Shown here: positions 9,946-19,908 of the stretch, one piece after another
Position numbering within the stretch: position 1 is the stretch's first letter
How the letters are laid out: the number at the start of each line of letters is the position of its first letter
Notes under the pieces: model-generated
What the model saw: the letters and a program-made list of their open reading frames with translations, nothing else
What the model was told of the DNA's origin: nothing
Database searches by the model: none
DNA from: an uncultured Acidobacteriota bacterium
GTDB lineage: Bacteria; Acidobacteriota; Vicinamibacteria; Vicinamibacterales; UBA8438
DNA: 39,560 bases
Assembly (NCBI GenBank): GCA_913043225.1
Contig: CAJWLU010000028.1
Span: forward strand, 1 to 39,560
Reading direction: 5' to 3'
Made by a program: the position numbers and the translations under genes

Positions 9946-10689
9946 TTAGTCCTCGGGCACGAAATCGAGATCTCGTAGTCGCGTCCAGTTTCTGACCACG
10001 GTTCTCTGTACCGCTCCGGGCGTCCGCTCGCCGCGAAGACTCTCAAAAATCGGTTGCAGCGCCTCTCGTCCGCCGTAGTAGGCGGCAGCACTTTCTGCTG
10101 GATAAAAAATACTGAAGTGGGGGCTTCCGCCCATGACTCCGCTCATCACAAACCGTGCCTGAGCGATGCCGGCCTCCTCGAACGCCGAAGACACGCGGGC
10201 CATGGAGTCTCGCAGAGCCTGTCCATGACCAGGGGCACCATAAAGACGACGTTCTTGAAGGAAGTTTGTCGTGCTCGGTTCATACCCACTTGGACGATAG
10301 GCTAATTCAGGCCGTGTGCGTGTCAGTTCGTTCCAGAACCGCGAAACTGTATTCGCAAAGGTTCCAGAGCGAGGGTTGTCTCTGCGCCATGCTCGGCGTG
10401 CCTCTATGTCAGAGAAGCCGTTCGGCAGTCGTATGCTCAGGCGAACGACGTTGTCTTCGCTGATCGTGACTCTTTCATCCCAGCTGTAGCCATGTTCCTG
10501 CAGATGCGCAATCTGTTGTTGGCGCCCTTCTATCCAGGCGTCTCGTTGGCCAGGCGCAATCTGTGCGTACAGGCGCATTACCATCATGCCTTCATCATTG
10601 GTCTGGGCGTCAGCTGCCGTCGGCCCCATGAGCACGAACGGTAGCCCGAGGAGGGAGCAAAAAACGTGTTTGGTGATGTGCTTAATCAT
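9946..10689 (-). CDS. Hypothetical secreted protein, paralog of 9151-9909
   Basis: Signal peptide ending ADA-Q; shares QI.PG...AW...R, ISE.NV.R..I.LPNG.SD..AR..W and FYPA..AA.YY motifs with the neighbour. Start uncertain. Confidence 0.75.
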   Translation of the reverse strand: MIKHITKHVFCSLLGLPFVLMGPTAADAQTNDEGMMVMRLYAQIAPGQRDAWIEGRQQQIAHLQEHGYSWDERVTISEDNVVRLSIRLPNGFSDIEARRAWRRDNPRSGTFANTVSRFWNELTRTRPELAYRPSGYEPSTTNFLQERRLYGAPGHGQALRDSMARVSSAFEEAGIAQARFVMSGVMGGSPHFSIFYPAESAAAYYGGREALQPIFESLRGERTPGAVQRTVVRNWTRLRDLDFVPED

Positions 10690-10784
10690 GATGTCTCGCA
10701 AGCATGGATATCCGTAGTCTTTAGAGCCAGAAGCCATTCAATGACACGAGCGTCTCTTCGCGTGCGTGTCCTTACTGCCCTGAA

Positions 10785-11195
10785 CTATTTCCATTCCCAG
10801 CACTTGTTCACGGCAGTTCCATCCGGCGCCACGTCGTATTCCCCAGCCAGGCCAACATGGTTCAGGTCGGCGAACCGCGGAGCGTCTGTATGGACAAACA
10901 GCATCGTGGCAAAGTGGGTTGATCCGTCTTCGCCGGCGGCCTTCGCTGCACCACGGCCTGTGACCGTCAGGACTTCACCGTCCACGGTTGTCATGACTGC
11001 CGTGCCCTCCCCGTAGACCGAACCGTCCGGCCTCGCCAGTGCCGTGTATGTCCATTTCGTCGTCTCTTCGACGCCTCGGATCGTGCCCTTGAGCGTGAGT
11101 GAAATCTCGTTCTTGATGCCGTGTTCGTCATTCGACAGTTCACGGACAGCGTCTATGGTTCCGGTCTCGTCGAGAATAAGGTTTCCAAGTGCCAT
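10785..11195 (-). CDS. Conserved hypothetical beta-barrel-like protein
   Basis: MALGNLILDETG...RPDGSVYGEG...NKCWEWK; GGAAGGAG RBS before ATG 11195. Confidence 0.75.
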   Translation of the reverse strand: MALGNLILDETGTIDAVRELSNDEHGIKNEISLTLKGTIRGVEETTKWTYTALARPDGSVYGEGTAVMTTVDGEVLTVTGRGAAKAAGEDGSTHFATMLFVHTDAPRFADLNHVGLAGEYDVAPDGTAVNKCWEWK

Positions 11196-11897
11196 GTTGC
11201 CGTCTCCTTCCAGGGGATACGTGAGGGCCTGTCCGGCAGGCCACAGTTTGGCGCGGCAAAAGCGCCACACCAGCTTTATCTTGCCGGAGGCGGAACTGCC
11301 GCCCGCGGGTTCTCGCCAAGCGCATGTTTCGACGCCAAGCTCAAGGCCGAAACAGCGTCTACGAACGCGCTACCTTTGAGAGCGAATTCATCATAGCAGA
11401 AGAGGTGCAAATGGAGGTGAGCCGGAAGACTGGCACCGGAGGCAACATCCTGGGCGACAGTGGCAAGAGGGGACGTTGAATTAGAACGGGTGATTGTTCT
11501 AATGGCGAATGGTTTGACGTGCCCTCGCAATTGAGCAGCAGTGATAGGCGGACCAACTCTGAGCTCAGCGCTTGGTGTTGACGGAACTATGACGGGGCGA
11601 TCGCGCGATGGGGATCAGTGAGCGGCGGCCCTGGCCGTGGTCAAGATAAGTGCGTCCGTGCTGCGCTATCAGCCGGCGCTGGACTGCAACCGAGGGCTGC
11701 GGGCGCGGACCGTCCCCTCGTGCATTAGCATCGTCGGTAGGGGGTCGGTTTGTCTGAAGCTGCGACCCTCTCGCGCGCGCAGTTTGCCGCGCACCTTACG
11801 TAGGGACAACGGAGCATGGTCACCGTTGGGCTCTAGACCGATGCGCTACTGACGGTGGGGGGTGTCGAGTTCTCGCTCATTCGAGCGACGAACGGTG

Positions 11898-12299
11898 CTA
11901 ATCCACGAAGGCGGCTGTCACCAACTCCGTGTCAAGGTATTCCGTCCACTTCTTGATCCGGCCATCATGCACCTCGATGACAAAACAGTAGGTGTTGTTG
12001 TACGACCGTCCGGTCTTCGTTCGAGCCGTCCCTTGCACCTGTGCGACTACGGTATTCCCTTCCGCGATCGTGTTCTGGACCTCTCCACGAATGCCATTCT
12101 CGTCGAGCTGCTCTCCGAGACGCCCAAATAAACGCGAGGCGAGGTCGTCTTTCCCGACGTAGGTCCCGGAATAGATGGTCTGGCCGATGATCGTCCACTG
12201 CACGTCGTCAGCAAAGCAGTCGAAGAACCCTGGCATGTCTCCAGCAGAGAGCGCCGCGAACGTCCGTACGACCAGATCTCGGTTTGCCTCAACAGTCAT
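11898..12299 (-). CDS. NTF2/SnoaL-like (ketosteroid-isomerase-like) protein
   Basis: FADDVQWTIIG, IAEGNTVV, GRSYNNTYCFV, DGRIKKWTEYLDT. Confidence 0.9.
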   Translation of the reverse strand: MTVEANRDLVVRTFAALSAGDMPGFFDCFADDVQWTIIGQTIYSGTYVGKDDLASRLFGRLGEQLDENGIRGEVQNTIAEGNTVVAQVQGTARTKTGRSYNNTYCFVIEVHDGRIKKWTEYLDTELVTAAFVD

Positions 12300-12607
12300 A
12301 TAGATTCCACTTTCTGTGCGACCAATCTTTCGACGCAACACCCATGCCTAGCGAGTTCTATTCGTCATCGAGCCATTCGGCTCTGCAGTCGATCGCAGCG
12401 GAGCGTTCTAGTGGTCGTCTGACATCCTCGTTGCGTTGGAGCACGTCCTTTCTGCTCCCGCCTCCTACTGTATCGCCTTTGGGGGCTTGCCGCGGGGGCC
12501 GAACGTGCGGATTAGTGAAGCCATGTGCAGCCGGGAACAGCCTGGTCCGCCGGCGGCCGTCTGAGAGTGTCGCACCCCTGCTCGGCGCGCCAGCGCCAGG
12601 CGTGTTC

Positions 12608-13087
12608 TCAGTCCTGATCTACTAGCGGTAGAAAGATCGAGATCCGGTCCTCATCACCCACCGCCCGCGAGATGTGGCCCTGGCCGGTGGTGTCTTCGGC
12701 CAGTAGGATGTGACCGGGTCCGAGCGTGACGGTCGAGCCGTCGCCGATCACGATCTCGCTCGTGCCGCTCAGCGTGATCACAAACTGCTTACGCGGGGCC
12801 GGGTGCCAGTCGATGAAATACTCCGGTGATGTGCGGCGGAACTGCACGCTGCTGATGTCGATGGGTTCGCTCATCTCCGTGAAGCTGTTGGTCCGGGTGA
12901 GCGACGGCTCCATTTCCTCGGCGTGCGTCTTTCCGTCGTCGCCGGTGTAGATTCGCGTGAACTTGATCGGCGTGCGCTCCTGCGCGAGCGCGTGGGTGTC
13001 ACTGGTCCAGTGCACGCTAACGATGGCGAGCGTCGGAATCCAGCCGAGAGCGAGCACAGCGAGGGCAATGCGGCGCGGCAGGGTCAT
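12608..13087 (-). CDS. Secreted cupin-like protein
   Basis: N-terminal hydrophobic segment; RIYTGDDGKTH, DWHPAPRKQFVITLSG, LAEDTTGQGHISR. Confidence 0.8.
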   Translation of the reverse strand: MTLPRRIALAVLALGWIPTLAIVSVHWTSDTHALAQERTPIKFTRIYTGDDGKTHAEEMEPSLTRTNSFTEMSEPIDISSVQFRRTSPEYFIDWHPAPRKQFVITLSGTSEIVIGDGSTVTLGPGHILLAEDTTGQGHISRAVGDEDRISIFLPLVDQD

Positions 13088-13110
13088 GGTTGGAACCTCC
13101 GCGTCCTAGG

Positions 13111-13701
13111 CTACTGGCTTTGGCGCTCGTCTTCCAGATGCGCGGTACACCCCGCGAGGCGGACGGTCCATGGCGGGCGAGGCTCGATCTCGGTGAGGGA
13201 GGCGTTGACGAACCAGTCGAGCGGGGCCTCCCCGGGCGTGGGTTGCAAGTGGAATTCGGCCAGCGCCCGACAGACGAGGCCGTGAGTCACGACTGCCACG
13301 GGACCGTCGTGTCCCGAGGCCACCTCAGTGACATGGGTCCACAGCGACGCTACTCGTGTCCGAAACTCGACCCAGGGCTCGCAGTCGGTTGCGTCGCAGG
13401 CCGGTCCGTAGAAGAAGTGTTCCACGTCCTCATACGGACGTCCGGCGAGGCCGGCCAGTCCGCGCTCGCGCAGGATCGTCAGTGAGTCGATCGGGATGTC
13501 GCCAGTGGGGGACAGGGCGGCGGCGGTCTGGCAGGCGCGGTGGTAATCGCTGGACAAGATCCGTCGCAGGCCGACACTGGCCAGTCTCGCGCCGAGTTGC
13601 CGCGCCTGCCATTGCCCATGGTCTGACAGTGGCGTGTCCGGTGTCTGCACGACCCGGGCCGCGTTCCCTTCCGTCTGGCCGTGTCGAATCAGGTAGATCA
13701 T
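13111..13701 (-). CDS. Histidine phosphatase (phosphoglycerate mutase) family protein
   Basis: LIRHGQT, SSDYHRACQTA, VVTHG, NASLT. Confidence 0.9.
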   Translation of the reverse strand: MIYLIRHGQTEGNAARVVQTPDTPLSDHGQWQARQLGARLASVGLRRILSSDYHRACQTAAALSPTGDIPIDSLTILRERGLAGLAGRPYEDVEHFFYGPACDATDCEPWVEFRTRVASLWTHVTEVASGHDGPVAVVTHGLVCRALAEFHLQPTPGEAPLDWFVNASLTEIEPRPPWTVRLAGCTAHLEDERQSQ

Positions 13702-13773
13702 CTATCTGGGGTGTGACGAAGCGCCCGGCATTGTACTCAGCCTGCGGACGTTGTGCGTGATACGTTGCCGAGC

Positions 13774-15006
13774 ATGTCGGGACCTCCGATGAACAACAAA
13801 CACGTCGGCGCCTGGGCCTTGTTCGACTTCGCGAACTCCGTCTACCCGGCGGTGATGACCACCGCGGTGTTTCCGGTGTTCTACGTCAACGTCGTCATCG
13901 GTGACGACGGCGGGCTGGGGGAGTTGTGGTGGTCGCGGGCCGTCTCGCTGTCGGCACTGGTGGTGGCGGTCTCGTCGCCGTTGCTCGGCGCCGTCGCCGA
14001 CCGCGGCGGAGCGCGCAAACGGTTCATGTTCGGCTATACCGCCGTCAGCCTGATCGCGGTGGCGATGATGTCCACCCTCGACCAGGGCATGGTGGTCCAG
14101 GGGTTCTTGCTGTTCGTGGTGGCCAACATCGGATTCGAGAGCGCGCTGGTGTTCTACAACGCCTACCTACCCGACATCGCGCCGCCCGAGAAGCAGGGCT
14201 GGGTGTCCGGGCTCGGCTTCGGCGTGGGCTACCTGGGCTCGGCTCTCGGGTTGCTGATGGTCATTCCGTTCGCAACCGATCGCATCGAACTCGTTTGGCT
14301 GATGGTGTCCGGGTTTTTCCTGGTGTTCGCGTTGCCCGCCTTCGTAGTGCTTCCGAAGGACGCGCCGACCGAAATGACGATCGGTCAGGCGGCGCGGTGG
14401 GGTCTCACCAGCTTCCGTGAGATCGTGGGTGAGGTCTGGGCGCTGACCGATCTCCGTAACTTCCTGCTCGCGTTCTTCTTCTACATCGACGGCGTCCTGA
14501 CCATTATCGTGATGGCCGGCGTGGTTGCCACGGAAACCTTCGGGTTCGACCAGCAGGGCACGATCATTCTGTTTCTAGTCGTCCAGTTCTCGGCGCTCAT
14601 TGGCGCTTTCTCGCTGGCACGTCCCACCGATCGCCTGGGGCCGAAGAAGGTGCTGAACGGCGTCCTGGTGCTGTGGATATCGGTGAGCATCGCCGCCTAC
14701 TTCATCCAGAGCCAGGTGCTGTTCTACGCTATGGCGGTGCTGGCTGGTCTCGGACTCGGGTCGGTGCAGTCGGCGAGCCGGGCTTTCCTGTCGTCGCTGA
14801 TTCCGGACGGCAAAGAGGCCAGGATGTTCGGGTTCTATGCCCTGTGCGGCAAATCGTCGTCTGTGCTGGGGCCGATGCTCTTCGGCTACGTGACACTGTT
14901 CGCCGGCGGTAACCAGCGTCCCGCCTTCCTGGCCTTGACCGGGCTGTTCCTGCTGGGTCTCGTGCTGCTCCAGCGGGTGCCCGATCCTAGAGCTGTCTCC
15001 CGGTAG
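13774..15006 (+). CDS. MFS transporter, UMF1/ATG22-like
   Basis: AWALFDFANS, VFYNAYLPDIA, SGLGFGVGYLG, AFFFYIDG, QSASRA; about 12 TM segments. Alternative starts 13753 and 13789. Confidence 0.9.
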   Translation: MSGPPMNNKHVGAWALFDFANSVYPAVMTTAVFPVFYVNVVIGDDGGLGELWWSRAVSLSALVVAVSSPLLGAVADRGGARKRFMFGYTAVSLIAVAMMSTLDQGMVVQGFLLFVVANIGFESALVFYNAYLPDIAPPEKQGWVSGLGFGVGYLGSALGLLMVIPFATDRIELVWLMVSGFFLVFALPAFVVLPKDAPTEMTIGQAARWGLTSFREIVGEVWALTDLRNFLLAFFFYIDGVLTIIVMAGVVATETFGFDQQGTIILFLVVQFSALIGAFSLARPTDRLGPKKVLNGVLVLWISVSIAAYFIQSQVLFYAMAVLAGLGLGSVQSASRAFLSSLIPDGKEARMFGFYALCGKSSSVLGPMLFGYVTLFAGGNQRPAFLALTGLFLLGLVLLQRVPDPRAVSR

Positions 15007-15012
15007 CCGGCG

Positions 15013-15411
15013 CTATGCGTCGTCGGCCGGAGCCGGCGTGACCCCTTCGGCCTCGAACACCTGCCGCGCCAGCCGGAACGCCTCCACACCCGCCGGAATG
15101 CCGGCGTAGATGGCCACCTGCATCAGGGTGTCCCGGATCTCTTCGACGGAGCAGCCGTTCCTGATCGCGCCCCGGACGTGGGTCTTGAACTCGTCGCTCC
15201 GGTTCAGGGCCGAGATCATGGCCAGGTTGATCAGGCTCCGCTGCTTGTCGCTCAGCGTTGGCCTAGTCCACACCTTGCCCCAGCAGTAATCGGTTACCAG
15301 CGCCTGAAACTCGGCGTTGAAGCTGTCCAGGCCAGTCAGCGCCTTGTCGACGTACTCGTCGCCGAGCACCCGACGTCTGGCCTCCAGCCCGGGTCTATCC
15401 AGTTGTGGCAT
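15013..15411 (-). CDS. Carboxymuconolactone decarboxylase family protein (PcaC-like)
   Basis: GLEARRRVLGDEYV, CWGKVWTRP, HVRGAIRNG, AIYAGIPAG. Confidence 0.9.
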   Translation of the reverse strand: MPQLDRPGLEARRRVLGDEYVDKALTGLDSFNAEFQALVTDYCWGKVWTRPTLSDKQRSLINLAMISALNRSDEFKTHVRGAIRNGCSVEEIRDTLMQVAIYAGIPAGVEAFRLARQVFEAEGVTPAPADDA

Positions 15412-15497
15412 CTCATGGTCCTTTCTCGGGTCGTTGCGGCCCGCGAGTGTACCATCTGGGCGGTCGGCGTCGGAGGCGCTGACCGACGGAGGAAGCC

Positions 15498-16658
15498 GTG
15501 GATTTCAGATTAAGTGAAGAGCAGGAGGCGCTGCAGGCGGCTGCACGGCAGTTTGCGCGGGGAGAGGTGCTCAAGGTAGCCGAAGAGCTCGAACGCGACG
15601 CCCTGCCGCTGTCACGCGACTGGGTCAAGAAGTACGCCGAGATGGGCTTTCTCGGCATCAACGTGTCAACCGAGTACGGCGGCCTCGGTTTGGGAAACGT
15701 CGACGCGTTTTTGGTGCTGGAGGAGTTCGCCAAGATTTCTTCGGCGGTGGCGTTCCCGATCTTCGAGTCGGTCGCCGGGCCTGTCCACGCGCTGGCACAC
15801 TTTGCCACCGACAGCGTCAAGCAGCGAGTCATCCCAGCCGTGTGCCGTGGCGAACTGATTGTCGCCGTGGCGATGTCCGAGCCGGAGGCCGGTACCGCGC
15901 TGACGGATCTCCGCACCAGGGGTGAGATCAAGAACGACCGGATCAAGATAAACGGCGCTAAGCGGTGGTGTTCTGGCGGCGGTCATTCCGACACCTATCT
16001 GGTCTACTGTCGGCTGTCGAATGCCCCTGGTGCCAAGGGGATCGGCGCCGTGCTCGTCGACAAGGACACTCCGGGCCTGACCTTCGGTGAGCCTGAACGA
16101 CTGATGGGGTTCCGGGGCATTCCTGATTCGGACCTCTACTTCGATAATGTGGAGGTACCGGTCGAGCATCTCGTGGTGCCGGCCGGTGGTTTCCCGAAGC
16201 TGATGCAGGCGTTCGACCTGGAGCGGTGCGGAAATGCAACGATGGCACTTGGCCAGGCCTCTGGGGCTCTTGAAGAGGCGCTGGCCTGGGTCCAGGAGCG
16301 CGAGCAGTTCGGCAAGCCGATCGTCGAATTCCAGGCGGTGCAGCTCAGGTTGGCCGAGATGGCGATGAGGGTGGAAGCTTCGCGGCTGCTGATCTACCGC
16401 GCGGCGCAGAACGCCGAGAACGGGCTGCCGTCGATTGCCGATTCCAGCATCGCCAAGTGTGTGGCCAATGAGTCAGCGCGCGAAGTCACCAGCGCTGGCG
16501 TGCAGCTGATGGGTGGCTATGGCTACTCGAAGGACTACCCGATGGAACGCCGCATGCGCGACGCCTGGGGCTGGGGTATAGCCGGCGGCACCATTGACAT
16601 CCAGAAGGTGAACATTGCGTCGGCGCTGGTTGGTCGCAGGTTCAACCAGCGTCGGTGA
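15498..16658 (+). CDS. Acyl-CoA dehydrogenase
   Basis: AMSEPEAGT, INGAKRWCSGG, REQFGKPI, QLMGGYGY, IAGGT. Confidence 0.93.
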   Translation: MDFRLSEEQEALQAAARQFARGEVLKVAEELERDALPLSRDWVKKYAEMGFLGINVSTEYGGLGLGNVDAFLVLEEFAKISSAVAFPIFESVAGPVHALAHFATDSVKQRVIPAVCRGELIVAVAMSEPEAGTALTDLRTRGEIKNDRIKINGAKRWCSGGGHSDTYLVYCRLSNAPGAKGIGAVLVDKDTPGLTFGEPERLMGFRGIPDSDLYFDNVEVPVEHLVVPAGGFPKLMQAFDLERCGNATMALGQASGALEEALAWVQEREQFGKPIVEFQAVQLRLAEMAMRVEASRLLIYRAAQNAENGLPSIADSSIAKCVANESAREVTSAGVQLMGGYGYSKDYPMERRMRDAWGWGIAGGTIDIQKVNIASALVGRRFNQRR

Positions 16659-16708
16659 CCGTCGGCCTGCGGACGAACGACGGCAAATGGAGGGACTAAA
16701 GTCACGCC

Positions 16709-17269
16709 CTATCGGAATTCCGGCAGTTCCTGCATGCCCGGCGAGAGAGCCGTCCGGGTGGCGTTCATCGTCATGGCCAGAAGTGAGTAGTAGCCGAGGA
16801 TGCCGACCAGATCGATGACTCCCCGTTCGCCGAAGCGGTCGAAAGCCCGCGCGTAGGTCGGCTCGCTCACCTGCCGGGTGTCGAGTAGTTCCCTGCAGAG
16901 GCCGTAAAGCGCTATCTGATCCTCATCCAGATCAGCTGGTGTGTCGCCCTGCTCGATCGCCTCGATGATGGCGGCTGAGACCCCGGCCTTGGCCGCTATC
17001 GGAGCATGGATGCCCCATTCGTAGCTCTGGCTCCAGTGCCGGGCGGTGACAAGGATGGCCAGCTCGCTCAGTCGCGGCGGGAGTGCGCTCCGATAGCGTA
17101 GGTATTCACCGACCCGCTGGGCGTGGCGCAGCAGCTCTGGGCTCCGGAGGAGCGGCACGAAGGGTCCCTCGAACTCGTCGGTTTTCCGGGTGTCCTTGTA
17201 GTCCTGGACCGCCTCGCGTTGGGCGTCGGTCATCTCGGCATCTGGCATCGGCGGCATTCGGTCGGTCAC
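16709..17269 (-). CDS. Carboxymuconolactone decarboxylase/AhpD-like protein
   Basis: GPFVPLLRSPEL, ELAILVTARHW.QSYEW.IH, GILGYY; GTG start after AAGGAG. The longer ORF-track N-terminus is probably spurious. Confidence 0.85.
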   Translation of the reverse strand: MTDRMPPMPDAEMTDAQREAVQDYKDTRKTDEFEGPFVPLLRSPELLRHAQRVGEYLRYRSALPPRLSELAILVTARHWSQSYEWGIHAPIAAKAGVSAAIIEAIEQGDTPADLDEDQIALYGLCRELLDTRQVSEPTYARAFDRFGERGVIDLVGILGYYSLLAMTMNATRTALSPGMQELPEFR

Positions 17270-17600
17270 TGGCGGCTCCTTAACGTACGGTCGAGTATCA
17301 ATCGTATAATCCCGGAGCGGACCTCGCACTGAAACGGACACGCATGACGACTGCCGACGGACCCTAATGTCGACCTGGGTTCGTGAGGTTGCTCCATCCA
17401 GGGGGAGTAAGGCGTCGTTGCGTGGGAACCGGACCAGGGATCTAATTTCCACAAGAGTTGTTCGCTGGTTGACCGTCTGAGGTGCGACGAGACCTAGTTC
17501 GAGGGCGGGCCCGAAGTCGAGTTCGGCGGTCGTCACCCTGGCGATTAATTTCAAGGGGCTACGGTCCACCGACCAGTGCCCAGAGATTTGAAGGACGGGT

Positions 17601-18374
17601 ATGAGTTACAAGGCGTTGTTCGATCTAAGCGGGCAGGTGGCCGTGGTCACCGGGTCGTCGAAGGGGATCGGCCGGGTCATCGCCGAAGCGCTAGCCGAGG
17701 CGGGCGCCAAGGTGGTGGTGTCGAGCCGCCGCGAGGAGAGCTGCGCGCCGGTGGCCGAGGCGATCAACGTGGCTGGCGGCGAAGCGGTGGCCATTCCCTG
17801 TCACATGTCCAAGGGCGAGCAGATTGACACACTGGTCGATGGCGCCATGTCGAAGTGGGGACGAATCGACGTGTTGGTGTGCAACGCCGCCGTCAATCCG
17901 CACTTCGGTCCGATGGCCACGGTTACCGAAGAGGCGTATGACAAGGTTCTCAATACCAACGTCAAGCACAACCTCTGGCTGTGCAACCGGGTGATTCCGC
18001 AGATGGCCGAGCGGCGTGATGGGGCGGTCATTATCGTGTCGAGCATCGCCGCGCTCAAGGGCAATGACATGCTCGGCATCTACGGAATCTCGAAGGCAGC
18101 CGATGCCCAGCTAGCCCGGAACCTCGCCGTGGAATGGGGACGCAGCAACATCCGTGCGAACTGCATCGCCCCGGGCTTGGTCCGCACCGACTTTGCTCGT
18201 GCGCTGTGGGAGGACCCGGAGAGGCTCGCTAAGGCGACCGCCACCTATCCGCTGGGGCGGATTGGCGAGCCGGAAGATATCGCCGGCGCCGCCTTGCTGC
18301 TGGCATCGCCGGCCGGCCGGTTTATCACCGGCCAGACACTTGTGGTTGACGGTGGCGTGACGATTTCTGGTTGA
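17601..18374 (+). CDS. SDR-family oxidoreductase (DHRS4/LvaD-like)
   Basis: TGSSKGIG, NAAVNP, YGISK, IAPGLVRTDFARALW. Confidence 0.93.
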   Translation: MSYKALFDLSGQVAVVTGSSKGIGRVIAEALAEAGAKVVVSSRREESCAPVAEAINVAGGEAVAIPCHMSKGEQIDTLVDGAMSKWGRIDVLVCNAAVNPHFGPMATVTEEAYDKVLNTNVKHNLWLCNRVIPQMAERRDGAVIIVSSIAALKGNDMLGIYGISKAADAQLARNLAVEWGRSNIRANCIAPGLVRTDFARALWEDPERLAKATATYPLGRIGEPEDIAGAALLLASPAGRFITGQTLVVDGGVTISG

Positions 18375-18394
18375 GGTCGAGGTACCATTCGGTC

Positions 18395-18736
18395 ATGAAC
18401 TATCAGGTCTTTGTCGTTCTCCACTTGGTGTCGGTGATCCTGATGTCGGGTGTCACCTTTGCCGCCTTCGCTGCGTCTGCTCAGGAGAACCGTCGCACCT
18501 TCCTGATGACCTCGGGCATCCTCAGCCTGCTGGTGTTTATCAGCGGCTTCGGGGTCATGGGCATGATGGGGCTGGGCTTTCCCGGTTGGGCCATGGTGAA
18601 GCTGGTCTGCTGGCTAGTCCTCTCGGGCCTGACGGGGATGGCCTTTCGGATGACCGACAAGGTGCCGATGCTGTCCACCCTTGCGGGCGTCATCATCGCG
18701 ATCGCGGTCGTGATGGTGGTGTACAAGCCGTTCTAG
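18395..18736 (+). CDS. Small four-TM membrane protein (SirB2-like)
   Basis: Four hydrophobic helices, H in TM1, PGWAMVKL, C-terminal YKPF. Confidence 0.7.
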   Translation: MNYQVFVVLHLVSVILMSGVTFAAFAASAQENRRTFLMTSGILSLLVFISGFGVMGMMGLGFPGWAMVKLVCWLVLSGLTGMAFRMTDKVPMLSTLAGVIIAIAVVMVVYKPF

Positions 18737-18788
18737 TACTACCGTGGGGCTTCGCCTCAAAGCCCTCGCCATCAATGGTGGGGCTCAC

Positions 18789-18821
18789 CAAAGCCCCACG
18801 CCGTGCCGGCGGGGGGCTTTG
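18789..18821. terminator. Probable bidirectional intrinsic terminator between convergent genes
   Basis: CAAAGCCCC-ACGCCG-TGC-CGGCG-GGGGGCTTTG stem-loop with A and T flanks. Confidence 0.65.
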
Positions 18822-18835
18822 TGTGCGCCTAGGCG

Positions 18836-19897
18836 CTACTTCGCACCGTCGATCAGATCTATACCCTTGCGGGCCAGATCTCGGACGCGGCGGCCGTAGC
18901 CGGCGAATCGCTGATCCTGGGTCTGTCCGCGGACGAAGCGGATGTAGATCTGCTGCACGATCACCAGCAGCTTGAATACTCCGAACACGTGATACCAATC
19001 GGCGCGGCTGGTGTCGAGGCCGGTCCGTTGGGCATACCGCTCGATCACCTCGACCCGGCTCGGGAAGCCGGGCTGCTCGGTCGGCATCCGTGCGGCTGCC
19101 TGCCAGTGGGGCGGATCGTTCGCTGCGGTCCAGAAGCTCAAGAGGAATCCAAGGTCGGCCAGCGGGTCGCCACGGGTAGTCATGTCCCAGTCAAGGACGG
19201 CCACCGGCGTGGCCGGGTCGTCCCAGGAGACGAGGACATTGTCCAGCTTGAAGTCGTTGTGGACGAGCGTTGTCTTCTGCGCGCCAGGCGGCTCGCTGCC
19301 GAGCCACGAGATCATGCGCTGCACGTCGGCGACGTCTTCGCTGCGGGCGACGTCCCACCGACTCGTCCAGCCGGCCATCTGACGTGCGAGAAATCCGTCG
19401 GGTCGCCCGAGACCGCCGAGCCCGCCCGCGGCCGGGTCGACACCATGCAATTCGCCGAGCACGTCGACCAGCATCTCGCCGATCCGTCGGTTCAGCGCCG
19501 GGTCGTCGCGGAATACCTCCGGCATCTGCTGCCGGATGACCTGCCCGTGGCGTCGCTCAAGGACGTGGAAGTCTACGCCCAGCACCTCCGGGTCTTGACA
19601 TAGGACGTAGCTGCGGGGAGCGAGCGGAAACACGTCGCCGAGACGCTCAAGGACCTGATGCTCGCGACCCATGTCGTGTGAGCCGGGCGCGACAGGCCCG
19701 AGGGGAGGCCGCCGCAGTACGTACTCGCGCGTGCCAAAGCGGAGCAGGTAGGTCAGATTAGCGTGGCCACCGCCGAATTGTTCGACCTCGAGCGCGCCGT
19801 CGGTTTCCGGTAGGTGATCGCGGAGCCACGGTTCGAGCCGGGACAGGTCAAGCTGCTCGTCCGGCCGGATCGCGATCAGCTCGGGGTCAGAGGGCAC
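18836..19897 (-). CDS. APH/choline-kinase-like phosphotransferase (LvaA / ACAD10-11 kinase-domain type)
   Basis: QFGGGHANLTY, VLRRPP.G, HDMGRE, HNDFKLDN, VLDWDM, GDPLADLG. Confidence 0.9.
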   Translation of the reverse strand: MPSDPELIAIRPDEQLDLSRLEPWLRDHLPETDGALEVEQFGGGHANLTYLLRFGTREYVLRRPPLGPVAPGSHDMGREHQVLERLGDVFPLAPRSYVLCQDPEVLGVDFHVLERRHGQVIRQQMPEVFRDDPALNRRIGEMLVDVLGELHGVDPAAGGLGGLGRPDGFLARQMAGWTSRWDVARSEDVADVQRMISWLGSEPPGAQKTTLVHNDFKLDNVLVSWDDPATPVAVLDWDMTTRGDPLADLGFLLSFWTAANDPPHWQAAARMPTEQPGFPSRVEVIERYAQRTGLDTSRADWYHVFGVFKLLVIVQQIYIRFVRGQTQDQRFAGYGRRVRDLARKGIDLIDGAK

Positions 19898-19908
19898 GAC
19901 CAGCGACC

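Noticed and set aside
11200..11890. Short ORFs or a structured RNA in this gap
   Set aside because: No convincing RBS, protein motif or recognisable riboswitch; left unannotated, as were the gaps at 7100-7390, 12300-12600 and 17270-17600.
7394..12299. Integron cassette array explanation for the short co-oriented genes
   Set aside because: No RYYYAAC...GTTRRRY attC-like palindromes found in the spacers and no integrase in the window.
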